From assembly GCA_037379345.1 (NCBI GenBank), contig CM074512.1, positions 17,608,001 to 17,672,000 of the forward strand: a DNA stretch of 64,000 bases, written 5' to 3'. This document shows positions 30,301 to 45,300 of the stretch, piece after piece. Below the pieces are notes generated by a model. The model was not told the DNA's origin, did not search any database, and worked only from the letters and a program-made list of their open reading frames with translations. This stretch comes from Perna viridis (lineage: Eukaryota). Made by a program: the position numbers and the translations under genes. The first letter of the stretch is position 1. Each line of letters begins with the position of its first letter.

Positions 30301-33300
30301 TTGCTTAAAATCATGAAAAATCATGAAAAATCAGGAATAAATATGAAAATCAGGAGTGGCTTGACAGACTGCCATTAAAGAAACTTTAGAATATGGTCAA
30401 AGATATCTTGCCCAAGCCTAAAATCAATTATCACCCTGACTTAAAACTTGGACGAACTTATCATTGCCCAACCATGAAATCAATTATGATAAGGCACACC
30501 TTTGTAAAGTTTGTGTCAAAAAATAAAGTGGCTGTGACAAGTAATTGCCGAGAAAGGTCACAGACAGACAAGGATAAAATATGCTCTGAAGTATAGTGTG
30601 GAAAATATTTCCCATCAAAATGGTAAACAAATTGCATTCTCTTAAAACTAACTCCTTCACCAGAGATAAGTATACTCTCTGTTTTAGAATAGCTTAGTAA
30701 GCAGCTGGAAGTAGAATGTAGCCTTCAGTCATAGAGTATCTACACCAAGAGTAACAAATTTTTATCAGGTGTCAATCACACAAATTATTGTTCAAATCTG
30801 TTATGATTGTAATCTGATGATATGTGGCATTCAATAGATGCTTTTCAAGATAAAATGTCCCCCAGTTAATACAATGTCATCATGTTGAATCTTGGTGGTA
30901 GAATAGTTTAACCAATCATTCCTCAGGATTTTACATTAAATATTCCTTTAACTCATTCAGATAGAAGTGTTGTAGATTAAAAACTTTCATCATAAATTTA
31001 GAAAATGAGTTTTAAATTTGTACAAGTTTTTTTTTTATTTCAATGCAAACTTTTGCAAAAAAAAGGCTTCACTCAAAAGTTAATACAACCAATAAAATGC
31101 ATACAAGGATGACCATTTGTCCAGTTAAGATAAATATATCACTACAACAATAAAGTAATATACTGGTCCAACTACAATGTTGAAGTAATTCCCCTTCAAG
31201 ATCAATACTTAGAAAAATATCTTAAGGTTATTTTGATCAATTATAACTTGATAATTGGGATTGATGGATCACTCCAAATCCACTGCTTTTAACTGAGAGG
31301 CATGCATCAAACAAGATACCTGCCTGTTGAAACAAGATTATTTTATTCAGGTTGAACTAAGTCAATACACAGATCTAATTACAATATTTGCCAATACCTT
31401 TACCTGAACATTAATTACAATTATAGTAAATTTGATATTGACACTGGAGCACCATTGATTTATACTATTATGGAACTAACAAAACTGTCAAGGATGTTGA
31501 TGGATCAAACTGTGATTACAGATTTAATGTAATGTTAGGTGTGAAATTAATTAAATGAACAACTCAACTAATTACACTGAAAAAATAAATAATAGTATCA
31601 CTGAATAGTGGTGCAGAACATGGCTTATAGAAGTTCTACAATTATCAAACATGAAAAGCAGTGAACAAACAAATAACTGTCCACTCATCAGTATACTTCT
31701 TTTTATGATATTCTGATTTCCTTTTTTTTTGTGCCAACAAGTACTGTAGTTCATTTAAAACATCAAAATCTTAACTTTTCTTCAGTTACAACCATAACAG
31801 ATAGAGTATTTACAAAGTTCTCACTAAATTTTACCATATCTTATAATACAAACCTGTTTAAGGTAACTGTTCATCCAGTTTGTGAATGTTTTCTTTTGTA
31901 CTCTTTCTTGTTCATCTAGAAAACAGGAGTACAGTCTTGATTAGTAAATAGTAACTTTTACCTAAGTGTCTACATGAAATCAGGATTTGAGAATGGAAAT
32001 ATTGCTTTTCTTAAGAAGTTTTCAAGTAAAAGTTTATTTTTGTTTATGTGAAATGAATACAACAAATTAATCATGTGGAAGAAAAATGGAAGCAGTTTAT
32101 AAGTTTATTAAAGGGTAGATGTATTGATTTGATTAAAGAAAGGCTGATTTGAGTAAACAGCTGTCTTAAACTGACATACAGATGCTCTTTGTCAGTACTA
32201 TAAATGAAAAAGTTTTGTAAACTATAAATTATCATTAACCACCTGATAACCCCAACTTTCACTTTCCCTGGTGTTAATCTGAATAATACTAGTCAACAAA
32301 TCATCAAAATTCAATAATTTAATAAGCAATATATTACTAGAGAAATTTCTAAACTATCTCCCTTGTTTAGCAACTTCATTGTTATATGTCCTATTGTAGT
32401 GTCCACTACTACAACTATCATAACACTTCTAACTACCTGCCAATCTAATTAACTTCATTACAAGTGATTATATTATTGATTTACTTATAGATCTTCAGTT
32501 AATATATATATAATTTATCATCATGTCAAAGAAACTACAAATAATGACACACAAATATCTCACATCAAATGGACCCTAAAAAAATCCATAATAAAATCTC
32601 AACTTCAATTGTTCCACAAATTTATTGCCTTTTAATCATTCAAGAAACATTAAAATTTCATTTGACTTATTTCCATCATGTCAGCATTTTTCCAATTATT
32701 TCAGTACATTACTATGTTAAATCCCAGTCTGTCACTGTTAAAGTAATCTTGCACAATGTTTTTCTCATGTTTTTTTTATGATTTCTAACTGTAACATGAA
32801 ATTTCGGCTGTGGGAGAATTCAGTTATGCAAAATCTGTCTACAAAGAAAGTTTGGCTGATTTTTTTAACAGATTAAAAGGTCATTTCTTTGATAAAATGG
32901 CAATTTAGCACATCTACATGCTCACACCAATTGAAAATGATCAAAAATTTTTCCTGTACATACAAGAATATAAGAATGAATGTATAAAATCTTAAGTGTG
33001 TTGACATAAGGCTTTTTGGTTTAAAGTGTTGAAAATTTCTGGCATCAATCCAGTTACTCGATTTTAGTATATGAACCCTCAAGACGAGTCTACAAGGACC
33101 ACATCATAAAATGTTCACTAAGATTAGGTCATTCAATCTCTTATAGAATAATTATTTTTATTCATAGTTGATAATTTGTGGTTAGAATTCGGTTTGATCA
33201 GTTTAAATCATGCATGTCATAAAATTTGTATATGGTCCAAGATAAATACCAAGAGACACGAAGCAGAAGAGGTCCTCAAATAAATTCTTTGCCAAAATGG

Positions 33301-36300
33301 CTTTTTTTCCCTAATATCAGCATTGGGAGCAGTCCAACAGACATCCATTATAGTGTTATAACACCTACATTGGATAAGTTATAGAGGTTGCATTTTGGCA
33401 GACAATCTTTTTTAAAATAGATGGCTGTATTGGGAAAAATAACATTTCCTAATAAGTTACCAATGTACAGAAATACAGTGGACTTCTGATACTTAAATAT
33501 CATGGTTACTTATTAATGCATATTCTCTGAAATAAAAAAAATAATCTTTATCAATCATTTTATTGTACTGGAAAGAAAACTATGGCACTGTGATGTCACT
33601 GTATGAAAACACAATAGTGCTTGTTACACAGCACATACATGTATTTTGCAAAACTATATTACTAGATATTTGAATACATATCCAACATAAATGAAAATAT
33701 CTCTATTTTTTTACTTGAAGAAGTAGATTTTCAAAAAAAGCAGGTTTACATGCAGGTCAGAGAACACTTAGAGAAAGATAAGACTACTTTTATCACTTTT
33801 ATACTGGTGTGCATTGAACAGATGCTATACCTGACTTTAATACCCAAATGATTTCACATATACAAGTACATTTGTATATTGTCACTCTTCAGTACTGGTA
33901 CAATATTAGTACTGAACAATCATAATTATATAGTAAACAATCACTGTTCAATCAGATTATATTATGATAAGATATCTTTTGAATTTAAAGCCTAAGTACA
34001 AGGTCTGGTTAAATAAATTTACATAAAAACTGAAAGTAGTAATTAAATTTTTCACATGCGTGTGTCAACAACCAAAGGCTTTAATTCAAAACTGTAAAGG
34101 CCGGCACCAACTACCCATGACATAAGAGAAGATCTTTGACCCAGATAGAAAATTTCATTAAATTTCTGTAGTAATTACATTTATCAGGATCAAACAACAA
34201 ACCTGTTGTTACTTGCAAATTTGTTAAAAAGCTTCCATTGATGGACTTGTTGATAGAGAAAACAGAAAATAGATCATATCATTATATTGTCATGGAAGTA
34301 AAGAAAATTTGGCTACAAGTCAAATGCAAAAAAAATCAACAACAAATTGATTCTATTGTTGATGCAAAACTTCTCCTTATTTCCTTGCATCAAAGGTTAA
34401 TCAAAGCAACTATAACCTATAAAAAAAGAATATTTCTCTTTTTTTGTCGGTTTTCTATCAACAGTACACATTCCATTCCTACTTTCATTTTTGCATAATT
34501 GTGATGAATAACTGGACTAAATTTTGCAAGAATTGTGTATATTCAATGCAGCTTACCTTTGAGAGAAAGTACTCTTTCTGCAAAAACTCGTGTTTGGTAA
34601 GTTAGGTTCATATTTTGTTGTGCCATCTCAATAATGTACCAGTGTATATAAGCCCCTCCACAACATAAATTTCCTCAAGTCATATTAAAATTCAAATATC
34701 CATTTGCAAAAAACAAATGTCATTAGAAAGTAAGTCACAAAAATCTAGCCCTAGTGGAAACATTTAGGAGTCCCCCTCTCCTAATGTTCCACAGGCCAGG
34801 CTGTTCAGCAACTAAATCCTACACCCTCTAGTGAGGTGTGATGGAGGCTTGAATTCCTACATGTATCCACTCTGACAGACTTGTCAACACTGACACAGGT
34901 AAACTGTCCAGAAGATCAATATTAAAGATTTACCCGCCATTCATGGTACTACTGACAATAGACTGATATAGGTAAATATCTTATTCAAATTCTGATTGGT
35001 TCACTGAACATAGTGTTTTCTAATGTTTGAACATCTATCTATACTTTCATAGTATATTTTCTCAGGTGAATCTCAGAAAAAAAGCTCAGCAAATCCACAC
35101 CTGATTGATAATTATGGATTTAAAGTCTACCTATCATATCCATTCTGTTACAATTCTGTCATGGTAAATGCAACAAAATATATATTTACATAATCCAAAG
35201 AAAAAACTAAAAAAAACTTAGAAAATCCTTTCACTGTTGCCAGTCAATTATTGTGGTTCATCAATGGAATTTCACAAACTTATCATTTCAATCATTCATA
35301 ACACTTCAAGGATTTCTCTTCTAAATTCATGAATCGATGACAAATTGCCTCAAATCTAAGATACATTCAATTAAAACCATTTATCTATCAAAATATCAAA
35401 AGAATCTACACTTCTAAGTATACATAATATATATAGACATCATGAATACTCCGAATACATGAATGCAGCCTAACACAAAATCAATGTCTACACACAAAGT
35501 GAAAGTTGGTTAATATAAACAATCACTAGAAGGGTGTTAACCACACTTGAAACAGTTACACTTTGTAATTAGTGAAAATGATCTGTAGTCATTCAGAGAG
35601 AGGAAACTTTTGTTGCTTTTTATAAACTATTAAAAATGGTAATTTCATTCAGATCAAAATCACCAAAATTATGCATTCAGGTCAATGACTATAAAAAAAA
35701 CTCCTGCTGGAATTATAATTGAAATTCAGTTGTCTATTATACCTGAAATAGATCATAGTGAAATAAATTATTTTGTCCAAACATAACAACTAAAGCCAAG
35801 CTATAAAATCTGCTTTTGTTATTTTAAAGTTTTAAGCTATAAAGTATGATCTAAAAAAAAGTCATTGCAGTAGTTTTATGCTAAGATCCATAAATGATCT
35901 CAAGTGAGAAAGCGATTCATAAAAATGGATATGATAGCATAGAAGTGGAAGAATGAACAAAAGGGTTTTTTTAACTATGTTTTCTAAGTCAATGAGATTA
36001 ACTATGAGTAGATACATCTATAGTTAATAGTACATGAACAGAATATATAACTATGTCCAACAAATTACACCTGTTATAAATTATCCTGATTGTATAAGAC
36101 CCATCAACACAATAAAGTACAGGAACCTCTTGGTGAATAAAAAATTCAAACATCATTGTTCAGAAATTATAATTTACCAACAGTGTAAAGATGATAGCCT
36201 GGTGTTTAGATTTAAAAACAAAAACTAAACTAAATTTGAGAGATGACATATTTAATCCATTTAAAAAAACTTTAAAGGGCGTAAATCTAAAACCATCACT

Positions 36301-39300
36301 AAATGATTTTATGTGAAGGTTAATTAGTTATAAACTTGCCCAAAGTATATCAGCATACTTTGTAACAGAAGACGAGTTTTGTTACTTTTACTTTTACTTT
36401 AATGAGTCTGAATCATTTGAAAAATTTCAAAATTCAGGGATATTTCATTAACATGTTAACAATTTGCAGACCATGTCATCCTGTAAATGACCTATAGTTA
36501 TTTTTTCCTTTTTTTCTAGTTTGGGGAGTCCTAATTTAAACAGAAAGATCTAATGCCAACTCAGTAAAAGAAAACATGAGTTCTTACATTTTCACTAGGA
36601 CCAAGTGCTACAGAGCAACACACAGAATTACAGATACTTACTCAAATGTCAACACTTATTTATTTTTCAGAATTATTTTACCAGATGAAAACGCTTTAAC
36701 ACTTCATTTGCTAGTTGTTGTACAAAGAAAGGCAACTCTTGTCACAAAAAGAGAGATTCATTCAGGTAAAGGTACCAGTATCGTATTGCATATCCCTGAG
36801 CGGGTGTACATCAAAACATGGATGCTATAAAAATATAGTGCATTTTCTTTTTGCCTCTCTACAAACTAATGTTTTGTCAAAAGATATGAACTTATAAAAT
36901 AGAGTAAACATCACACTGTAAGATGAAGAACTTTTTTAAAAGAAAATCTAACATAATAACATAAAAAAGTTCCACTGAAAATGTTGGTTTGGCGAGTGCA
37001 AAACGAAAGTGAAAGTAGGGAAAATGGCTATTTATAGTTCAAGACTACCTTTCTGTCCGATCTTTGTGGATTCACCCTATTTTCTATGCGGGAAATTATT
37101 TTTTCACATGTCCTTAGAAATGCTACATATGTGAAAGTTTTATTGAATCAATTTACATATTTTTTAAAAAATCCTTAAAAATATGCACTTCACTACAGAA
37201 GTCTATGGGAAAATTAATACAATACTGAGACCTAAAATTACCTTAGAGTACATGAATGTTTAAATAAATCCAAATCATCCCTGTCTAAACTTAATAAAAT
37301 AGATAAGATTTTACTACTTAAAATAATCCTAGTATTTCTTAGTTCATAACAATTTCAGTAAAGAATACTTCATAATCTATGTAGGGGAGTTTATAGATTG
37401 TTACACTCCCATTTAAAATTACGACATTGGCAACACTTGTAAAAACCATTATAGACATTTCAATTTCTTAAACCAGAAGTATATTGTACTATTAAACTTC
37501 TTCACATATATGTAAGTAATTATGCAAGAACAAAACAAATGTACCAGAGACTCTGTGACAGATTGTTCACTGTTTATCATACAATAGAGAAAACTAAGTC
37601 CTATTTTCTTGCTAATAAGAGATTCTTCATCCTCATAACTTTTTGTACCAGTGTTTTAATTAATAAAGGTAAATTCTTTCCTCTGCTGTCAATAATGAAA
37701 TGAACTCTGTGGCACAAATGAATTAAAATATGAAATATAAAACACTATAACAATCAATGTACTGTTAGCACTGGAGGTTTTTGATTCTTGTTAAATTGTA
37801 CCACGAACAAAATTTCAAAGATAACCTGATGTAAAATAAAACTGTGATCATACATTTATATTTACATGTTATTAAGAACTACTTTTGCCCCCTAATATGT
37901 ATAAATGACTGTCAATCCAAACTACTGATCCAACCTCACACATATTTACAAATTTTGTTCATTTCACCTTTTTTCCAAATTTTTAAACCTTTCCCAAAAG
38001 TAAATGTAAATCCTACCCTGTAATTATACTCAAATAAAACCAAATTTCAGCATAAGAAAATAATTTCTTTGATGAGCAGAAGATTTTCAAAAACTAGAGG
38101 CATAATACCACTATTAAGGGGAACCAGTCGCCTGCACATACCAGAAAGTAGTCCGTAAAAACAAAGTAGTTCTTAGAATGCATTGTATATTTTTTTGTGA
38201 TTTAGCCACTATATGCAAACTGGGTGTAATCTGAAAGCTTATCATGTCAGGTACACACTAAATACAACAGTTTTGAACTTTGATGTAGAGAATAATTTGT
38301 CAGTCTAGATCTTAAGACCATTGGTTTGTCAAATTTCCAAAAGGAAAGCAGTATTTTTAGTACCTGTCTACTTTCACTTCACCGTTCTTTCTTAGAAGCC
38401 ATTAAAGGTATGCTGCAGATTTTATGAGAGAGTCTTTAAAGGGTCCCCTCTTATGATAAACCTGTTAAAGTTCATTTTAACAAACTTCAAAAAAGATTGG
38501 GACCTTGAAAATTGCTTAATTCAACATAGAAATAATGGAACTTTTAATAGTGGTTTTACACCTAGACACTTTCATCAATTTGAAAATTCCTGCCAATTTT
38601 ATTTGGTTAAAATCACTGCTCTTCACTTCCTGTTTATTAATGGTAAATATAAATGATAGGATCGAGAATTTGACTGATAACTGTGTTAAATGGAATATGC
38701 TTCACACATTTTACACTTCTTGACACATTACTGCAAAACTAAATTCCCTAAATGCAAATTTATTACTAAATACATTTCAAGGCCAATAAGAAGTCCCTCA
38801 AATCTTCAGTTGATATGAAGACTACGTCTTAATTTTATTTGCAGAAATAACAGAATTTATAGAGCTGAATAAATGCAAGAAAAACATGTTTACTGGTTAT
38901 AAAAGAGGTATTGAATGGTATGAAAGATATTACATTAGGACTATATTTTTGTGTAGTGTTCAGAAACAGTTGGGAAGTTCCAGTGATTGACCAGTGACAT
39001 AAGGTATTTTGATCATAAAAGATCAAAAACCCAAAAAGAAATAAAAACCTCATAGTTTTTACACTACTTAAAAGCAAGATGTACTAATATTTAACAGACC
39101 CTTTATCCTCTCTGACTTTCTGAAGAGACATTTTAAGTTAGTCATTAGAAAGAGTGCTACATGATTCTTCACACAAATTTTGTGCTAAAAATGATACTAA
39201 ATTTTTCTGTTTCTGTTTTACTGTTTATCACAATGCTAGAATGTAATAAAGTCAAACAAATAAGACATGACAGCTCCATATTCTACACTCCTTTGTTCCT

Positions 39301-42300
39301 GTAAATTAACTGGCCATTTGGGCATTAATCATCTTCCCAAACAGGGGAAAATCAATAAATATTCAGAGGAAATTAACTCTGACCCCTGACCTTAAATTGG
39401 TTCCTGCAACAGTATGATAATTTTAATGTTGATAACTCCAGTATTTTCAGAGTCTGGGATTTGGAGCTGACCTAATGTGATATCCTTATTATGTCCAAAT
39501 CAATAATAAACTGCTATCTCCAAATCCCAGGTCATTTCACACAAATGTAATTAAAACCAGACACAAAAGATTGAATTAACAATGAGATTCTTGAACTCAG
39601 TGTAAATGAAAAGACTGCCAGGAAATCTCTACTAACTTGTGACATTTCATTCAATATTCTGATACAACAGGAGGACTTGATCTATCTAAAGACCAATTCT
39701 TAGTTTATCTACAAAGGATCATTTTATCTCTATGAAACTTTAACCGAGTCTTACCATATAGCGGATTATTTTTGCGGGACAAAATTTTCGCAATTTTGAA
39801 AGCCAAACGTCTGGAAGATATTTTCCTGGGTTTTTTTTTGCCGTCTGAAGAGGTGTGACAAAATATTTTCGCGGGTGAAGTCCTATGTATGCGTAATTTT
39901 TACCATCGTTTCAAAAATATTAGAGTCAAAACATGACAATTTTCCCTTACAATAAAACTTTTTATAGGATACCCTGAATGGATTGTAATCTTGAAACTAA
40001 AGTTGTAAGAAGTACAATATTTTATACATAGAATTTTGCGGGTTTTATTTTCGCAGTTGTTGCCCATCTGCGAAAATAACCCACTATACGGTATTTGGTC
40101 AAAGCATGCTAATGTATAGAATGTGCTTACTACTTTATATTCTGGGACAAACTTGTTGTATTGCAGCAGAAATGAATATAAATGACAATTCCATTGATTA
40201 CACCAACTATTGGTCAGCAATATAATTGATCTAAATATGGAAATGTGAACTTTGAACTAATACTATACAACCAACTCCAGACCAATACTATACAAACATA
40301 CTACAATAGCATACACTTAATTGAACTTTCTCAAATACTTCAGACCTATCCAGAGAATGGAAAGAGGTTTTAATTAAGATTGTGTACTAGAAAGGTTTTC
40401 ATTGCTTCTTGAATGTTTGCTTAATATCAGATTGTTATAATATTTGCATGTAGTACATTTACATGAAAAATGTGGTCATAATCAGCTTCATTTTATTTAC
40501 ATTTTTATAAAAGTGAACTTGAAAGGATTAGGGTAAAGGGTGTCTTATTTGTTCAGTAATAAAACACTTATGAACACTTTATGACACTGTTTTTCAATTT
40601 TATGAACAATTTCACAACTTTGCTGTAGTTTCACCTATCTCATTTTACCAACACAGAACAACAAAGCATGACAGAGATGTTAAAGTGTAATAGAATACAA
40701 GCCATAAGTGTCTCACTATGGTAGACATTCACAAAAATACATTGTTTATACCAGAATGGAAAATTCTTGTTGTCAAAAACAATACAACCATCCCAGCATA
40801 CAAAAATTACCACAAAAATCAAGAGTCTATTGTTTACTTTTAGAACATCCTTGGTACTTACAATGTAATACTATTTGCTTTTCTTTTGCTACATAGTAGA
40901 AATACTTTTTTTTCCCTCAGTGTTAATGATTGTCTATAACTTAAGTCCATTTCCAGAAATTTCTTACTCAAGTATCAGTATAAAATTTGTGGTCGAAATT
41001 CCAAAATAGTACATTTTATTCAAACTAATGACAAATTTATGTTAGGGGGGAGAACCATTTAGAACAGAACAAAAGTCATTAATGTAGTGCATTCCAATCC
41101 CATCATCAACTGGCTAACTACAGCATGTTCTTATTCATTTTAATCATTTTTTAAGCTACACATTAGAAAAACTTAGCAACCATTATATACTCTATGACCC
41201 TACTGTTATAAAGCATTGTTGGGGCAACAAAAAATTGTACGGCATCTTAACAAGAAACCATTCTTGAAAACAAGGAGTTGGAATAAGGAGTAATGAGTTT
41301 TTATAGATTACTGCTATAACCTTGGTTCCCTTGATTACTCTTTCAATGTGTAGTACAAGTTCAATAATGCCATCAATATTAAACAAAAATGAAGTAACCA
41401 GTCAAACTCCAAAATGCTGAACATAAATGGGTTGAACAAGACTTAAGCTGACCAAGTTTATAAGAAGTTACAATTTCCAATCCTCAGAAACTAAGTTATG
41501 TTTATACAGGTATCTTTATGCCAGGAGAAGATAAGACTGAGAATACAAAACTCAAATCTTGTTGATATATGTGAATATAATGTGAACTACCATGCAATGC
41601 ATGTATTAGATTTTCTCTGCACATGACAATGCATATTTAATGTGTTTAACCACAAGTAAATTTAAGTAAGTGCAGAGTTAAAGACTTTAAAATTGGATTA
41701 AGGTTTTTGCCAATATAAATTAGAAAGTAATCCTTTAATTTACCCCAAAACTTTATAGTCCAATGAACTGTTGTTAGAAAAACATTAAATACTGTAAGAA
41801 AAATATCAGCACTATGTTCACTTAACATTTCATGTTATTTAATGTAACGACAACTTGAAACAAATGGTTAATAATAAAAAAATCAATATATTGATAGTGA
41901 GAATCTAACACTTGCTAATTATCTAATCAATAATTAACAGTAGAAGTTAAGTATCAAATGAAGAAACAGAGACAGTTTTACAGCTTCATTTTCAAGAGAC
42001 TAACCTTCATAATTCTGGATTCCATGTATATCAGAACTCCGAAAGTAGCGACCATGCCAGCAAACAAGCTCAACCATTTCATCTACCCATACCCAAGTTC
42101 AAATCACTATCTCTTTCTACTGCCATTATAGTAATTTTGTTTTAATGGTTGTTCCATTTTCAGCTGGAAAGCTTATCCCATTGTTCAGAGGTGTTTAATG
42201 CCTAATATCGTCCAAATGTTAATTGCATTGGATATTTGAGAACATGACCATTGACCAGCAGTGCAGATATGATCATGATCATCTTGGAATACACAGATCC

Positions 42301-45300
42301 AATAGTGCAGGAAAGTGATAATTAGTTTCTAAGCTAACTCACACAGAAAAATGATCTTTGGGTTGGTGTTATCACTACATCTTTTAGCCTTGTTTGGACA
42401 CTTCCAGTTGTTTACAATAAATAGGTAAAATGTGATATACTTTCACCTGGATTCTTTATCTATACCAACATGTCCTGAGAAATCGATTAGAAAACTTTAA
42501 ATGGGCACTCTCCTCAATATGTATTATACAATATTTCGAATTTACTACTTTTCAAACTAAGCAAACGAAATCTTTCATTGACATGTTAAATAGTTGCAAT
42601 GTTATAAGTTCACACGGAAAAGTTAAATAGAAATTCTTTCCAAGCATCAACCATGATGTGTTTGGATCTGAATCAAATGAATATAAATTGGCACTAGTGG
42701 AGATTTAATCGTAACGAGATTGGAGTGCCACTAATAAATGTATTAAGGGAATTATATCAGTACTAGAAGTGTTTCCAAACAAGGAATTAAGTTATTATCG
42801 TACCTCAGGTTGAACAAACCCTACTTTCTCAAATATATGTTAAGATCATGAAGTATTATGATCAAGCTGTTGTCCACAATGGATGGACTTCAAACAGGAC
42901 TAGTCAACATCAAATATTAATCAACTTTTTCTTTTGCAGCTGAGTTCTTAATCTCTAAATGTTCCAACTGTCTTCGTCATTCAAACTTTTAAGTTGAACA
43001 ATAAATTGAACATTAGTGACAGTTACTCATTTCTAGAACTGTAACCAGGATGTACAACACTCCCCTCCTACAAAACTTTTTTACAGTGAAAAGGTTTTTT
43101 TTTTCTCATCAGAAATTCAAACTGCAACTTAAGACTATTGTAAAAACAAAAAAAAAATATCAGTATGTCAAGAGTTGAAGCTCGGGTATACAGGAAATTG
43201 TTGAATACACAGTACCAGTATAAACAATTATGCAGTAGCTAAATCATTTCAAATTTAAATATTGCAACTCTTTGGTTCACTGCTACACATGTACTAATTA
43301 GGGCATTAGAATGTATTGGTTTAGATGTCTGCTGTTTTAAGTTTTGACCCAAATTCACTTTATCAGAAATGAAAAAAGAAAATGAAAGTAAAAGTAATAC
43401 ACTGATGCCAAAACTTTGTCAGAAAGCTTTCTGCAGTAAGTCTGTGGTCCTTTTCACGAAAAAATCGTAAGTGTAAAATTAGTCGTAAGTTATGACGTCA
43501 CAATACTTTTATTTACTATGACGTCATAACTTACGACTAATTTTACGATTTTTTGTGAAAAGGACCACAGATGCTTCCATTTGCAGACAACTCACAAAGC
43601 ATGACATAAAATGAAAAGAAGGTACTGACTTTAACTTAATAAACTACACTATTTTCCATATCCAGTTATATTTTACTAATAAATCTGTATAGAATTTAGC
43701 AATAAATCTTATATGCCATGTTTATATTGTTATTTGACCAAACGTTTATTTCAAGATTATTCGGAGAAAGTTCAGAGATATCGTTCACCTATTTCATAAG
43801 AGTACCTTTCATATATTGATTTGTCACACATAATAACAGTATGCAATCTATGCATTGTATCTTTTTTTTGTAACAACAATGAAGACTGCATATACTTTTA
43901 GTTAATAATAATTCTAGAATTAATTCATTTGCTGTTAAATTTTTAAGACTGGGAAATTCGGAATGACTACATTTATAGTTAAAATGATAATTTTGTAGAG
44001 GATGTCATGAAAAAAATGAGTCATAAACATTTAATCAGTGTAATTTTGAACAGAAAATCCTATCCTTTGAAGACCAACTGGGAAATAGATGATGTTATTT
44101 TGGACAATTAAACAGCCAAATCAGGAAACTAATGGCTTTATTTTGGAGGTAAACAATATCACTGGAGTTAGAATATATTTAAGTTCACAACACCATATTC
44201 AAAGTTTTGAATTGAAGTTTTGTTAAATGAAGATAAATCAGAATTCCTATAGGTACGATTTAGATAAAACATTTAGATAAAACATGCATGTAACTTATAC
44301 AGCCAACAAGGAGGAGGGGATGGAAATATAACATGAGTTCACGTAATTACTCTGTCATAATCCTAAGTCAAGTAAAAATTTCTTTTTGTTTCTTGAAACA
44401 TTATTTCTTTTCATACATGTTACTCATCTTCTTCTTTTTAAATAACAACCTCAGGGATTAAAAGAAATTCAATCCTGAGCCTGTAGTAAGTCAGGAATTC
44501 AGATTTCAATTACAAATAGAAAAGTTGGTAATTGTCCAAAATTTAATCTAATTTATCTGAAGTAACAAATCTATATTAGGTAAAGAATTCATCTTAAAAT
44601 TCAAACAATATAAACCTTTAAGATATTGTGTGTTTCTGGAAGTTTTGACTGGAAATTCCCCATTTAATAAAATTGTGACTTTTAAAAAATGTTCGTATCT
44701 CACTATTTAACAACTTATGAATGAATGAAAGCCAGAAATGGCCTTAATAGGTAAAAACCAACCTGGAAGCTAGTTTTACATACAGTGATACAAGCCTAAC
44801 TTTTATCAATAATTAAACAAACTTTACAATTATTACAATAGTCCAAAAATAACTTCAAAACAAAAATAATTCAAATGATTGCTAATTAAATAATACAGTA
44901 GAAGGCATAAAAGGCTAGCATATAAATTCAATATAAAAAAATTAAAACCTCACTCTCTTCTTATACACCAAATAGAAAATACAGCAAAATCTGAAGTCCC
45001 AAGAGAAACAGAGTTGTCTCCCTTTATATATTTGATAAAAATGTTCAAATTGATTTACTATGCAAAGGTGTTGTATGCTATTGAATAATTACATACAAGT
45101 ATAGGAATGCAGATTAAATACCACTAGTTGTGTATTGAAATTTAAATCTAGTTTGTGTATTCCAAAAGAGGTCAAGCAGAGATTTGACTTATTTTGGTTA
45201 TAATAAAGATCAAAATATTTTCTTTCTAATCAAATCCTTCTATTACATTGAAGTTGTATACAAGCTTCATTTGTAACTAGAAGGTATTAAATTAGCAGAT

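Noticed and set aside
209-31915. Alternative identity as dystrophin, spectraplakin or beta-spectrin
   Set aside because: [10 protein letters not shown] and [10 protein letters not shown] signatures, the WLWKLDxxLPG first repeat and the lack of a plakin/SH3 region favour nesprin; KASH cannot be verified in this window
36588-36607. 20-nt segment bounded by ctctgtag and GTAAGA on the minus strand
   Set aside because: Not frame-preserving and has no start codon; likely chance
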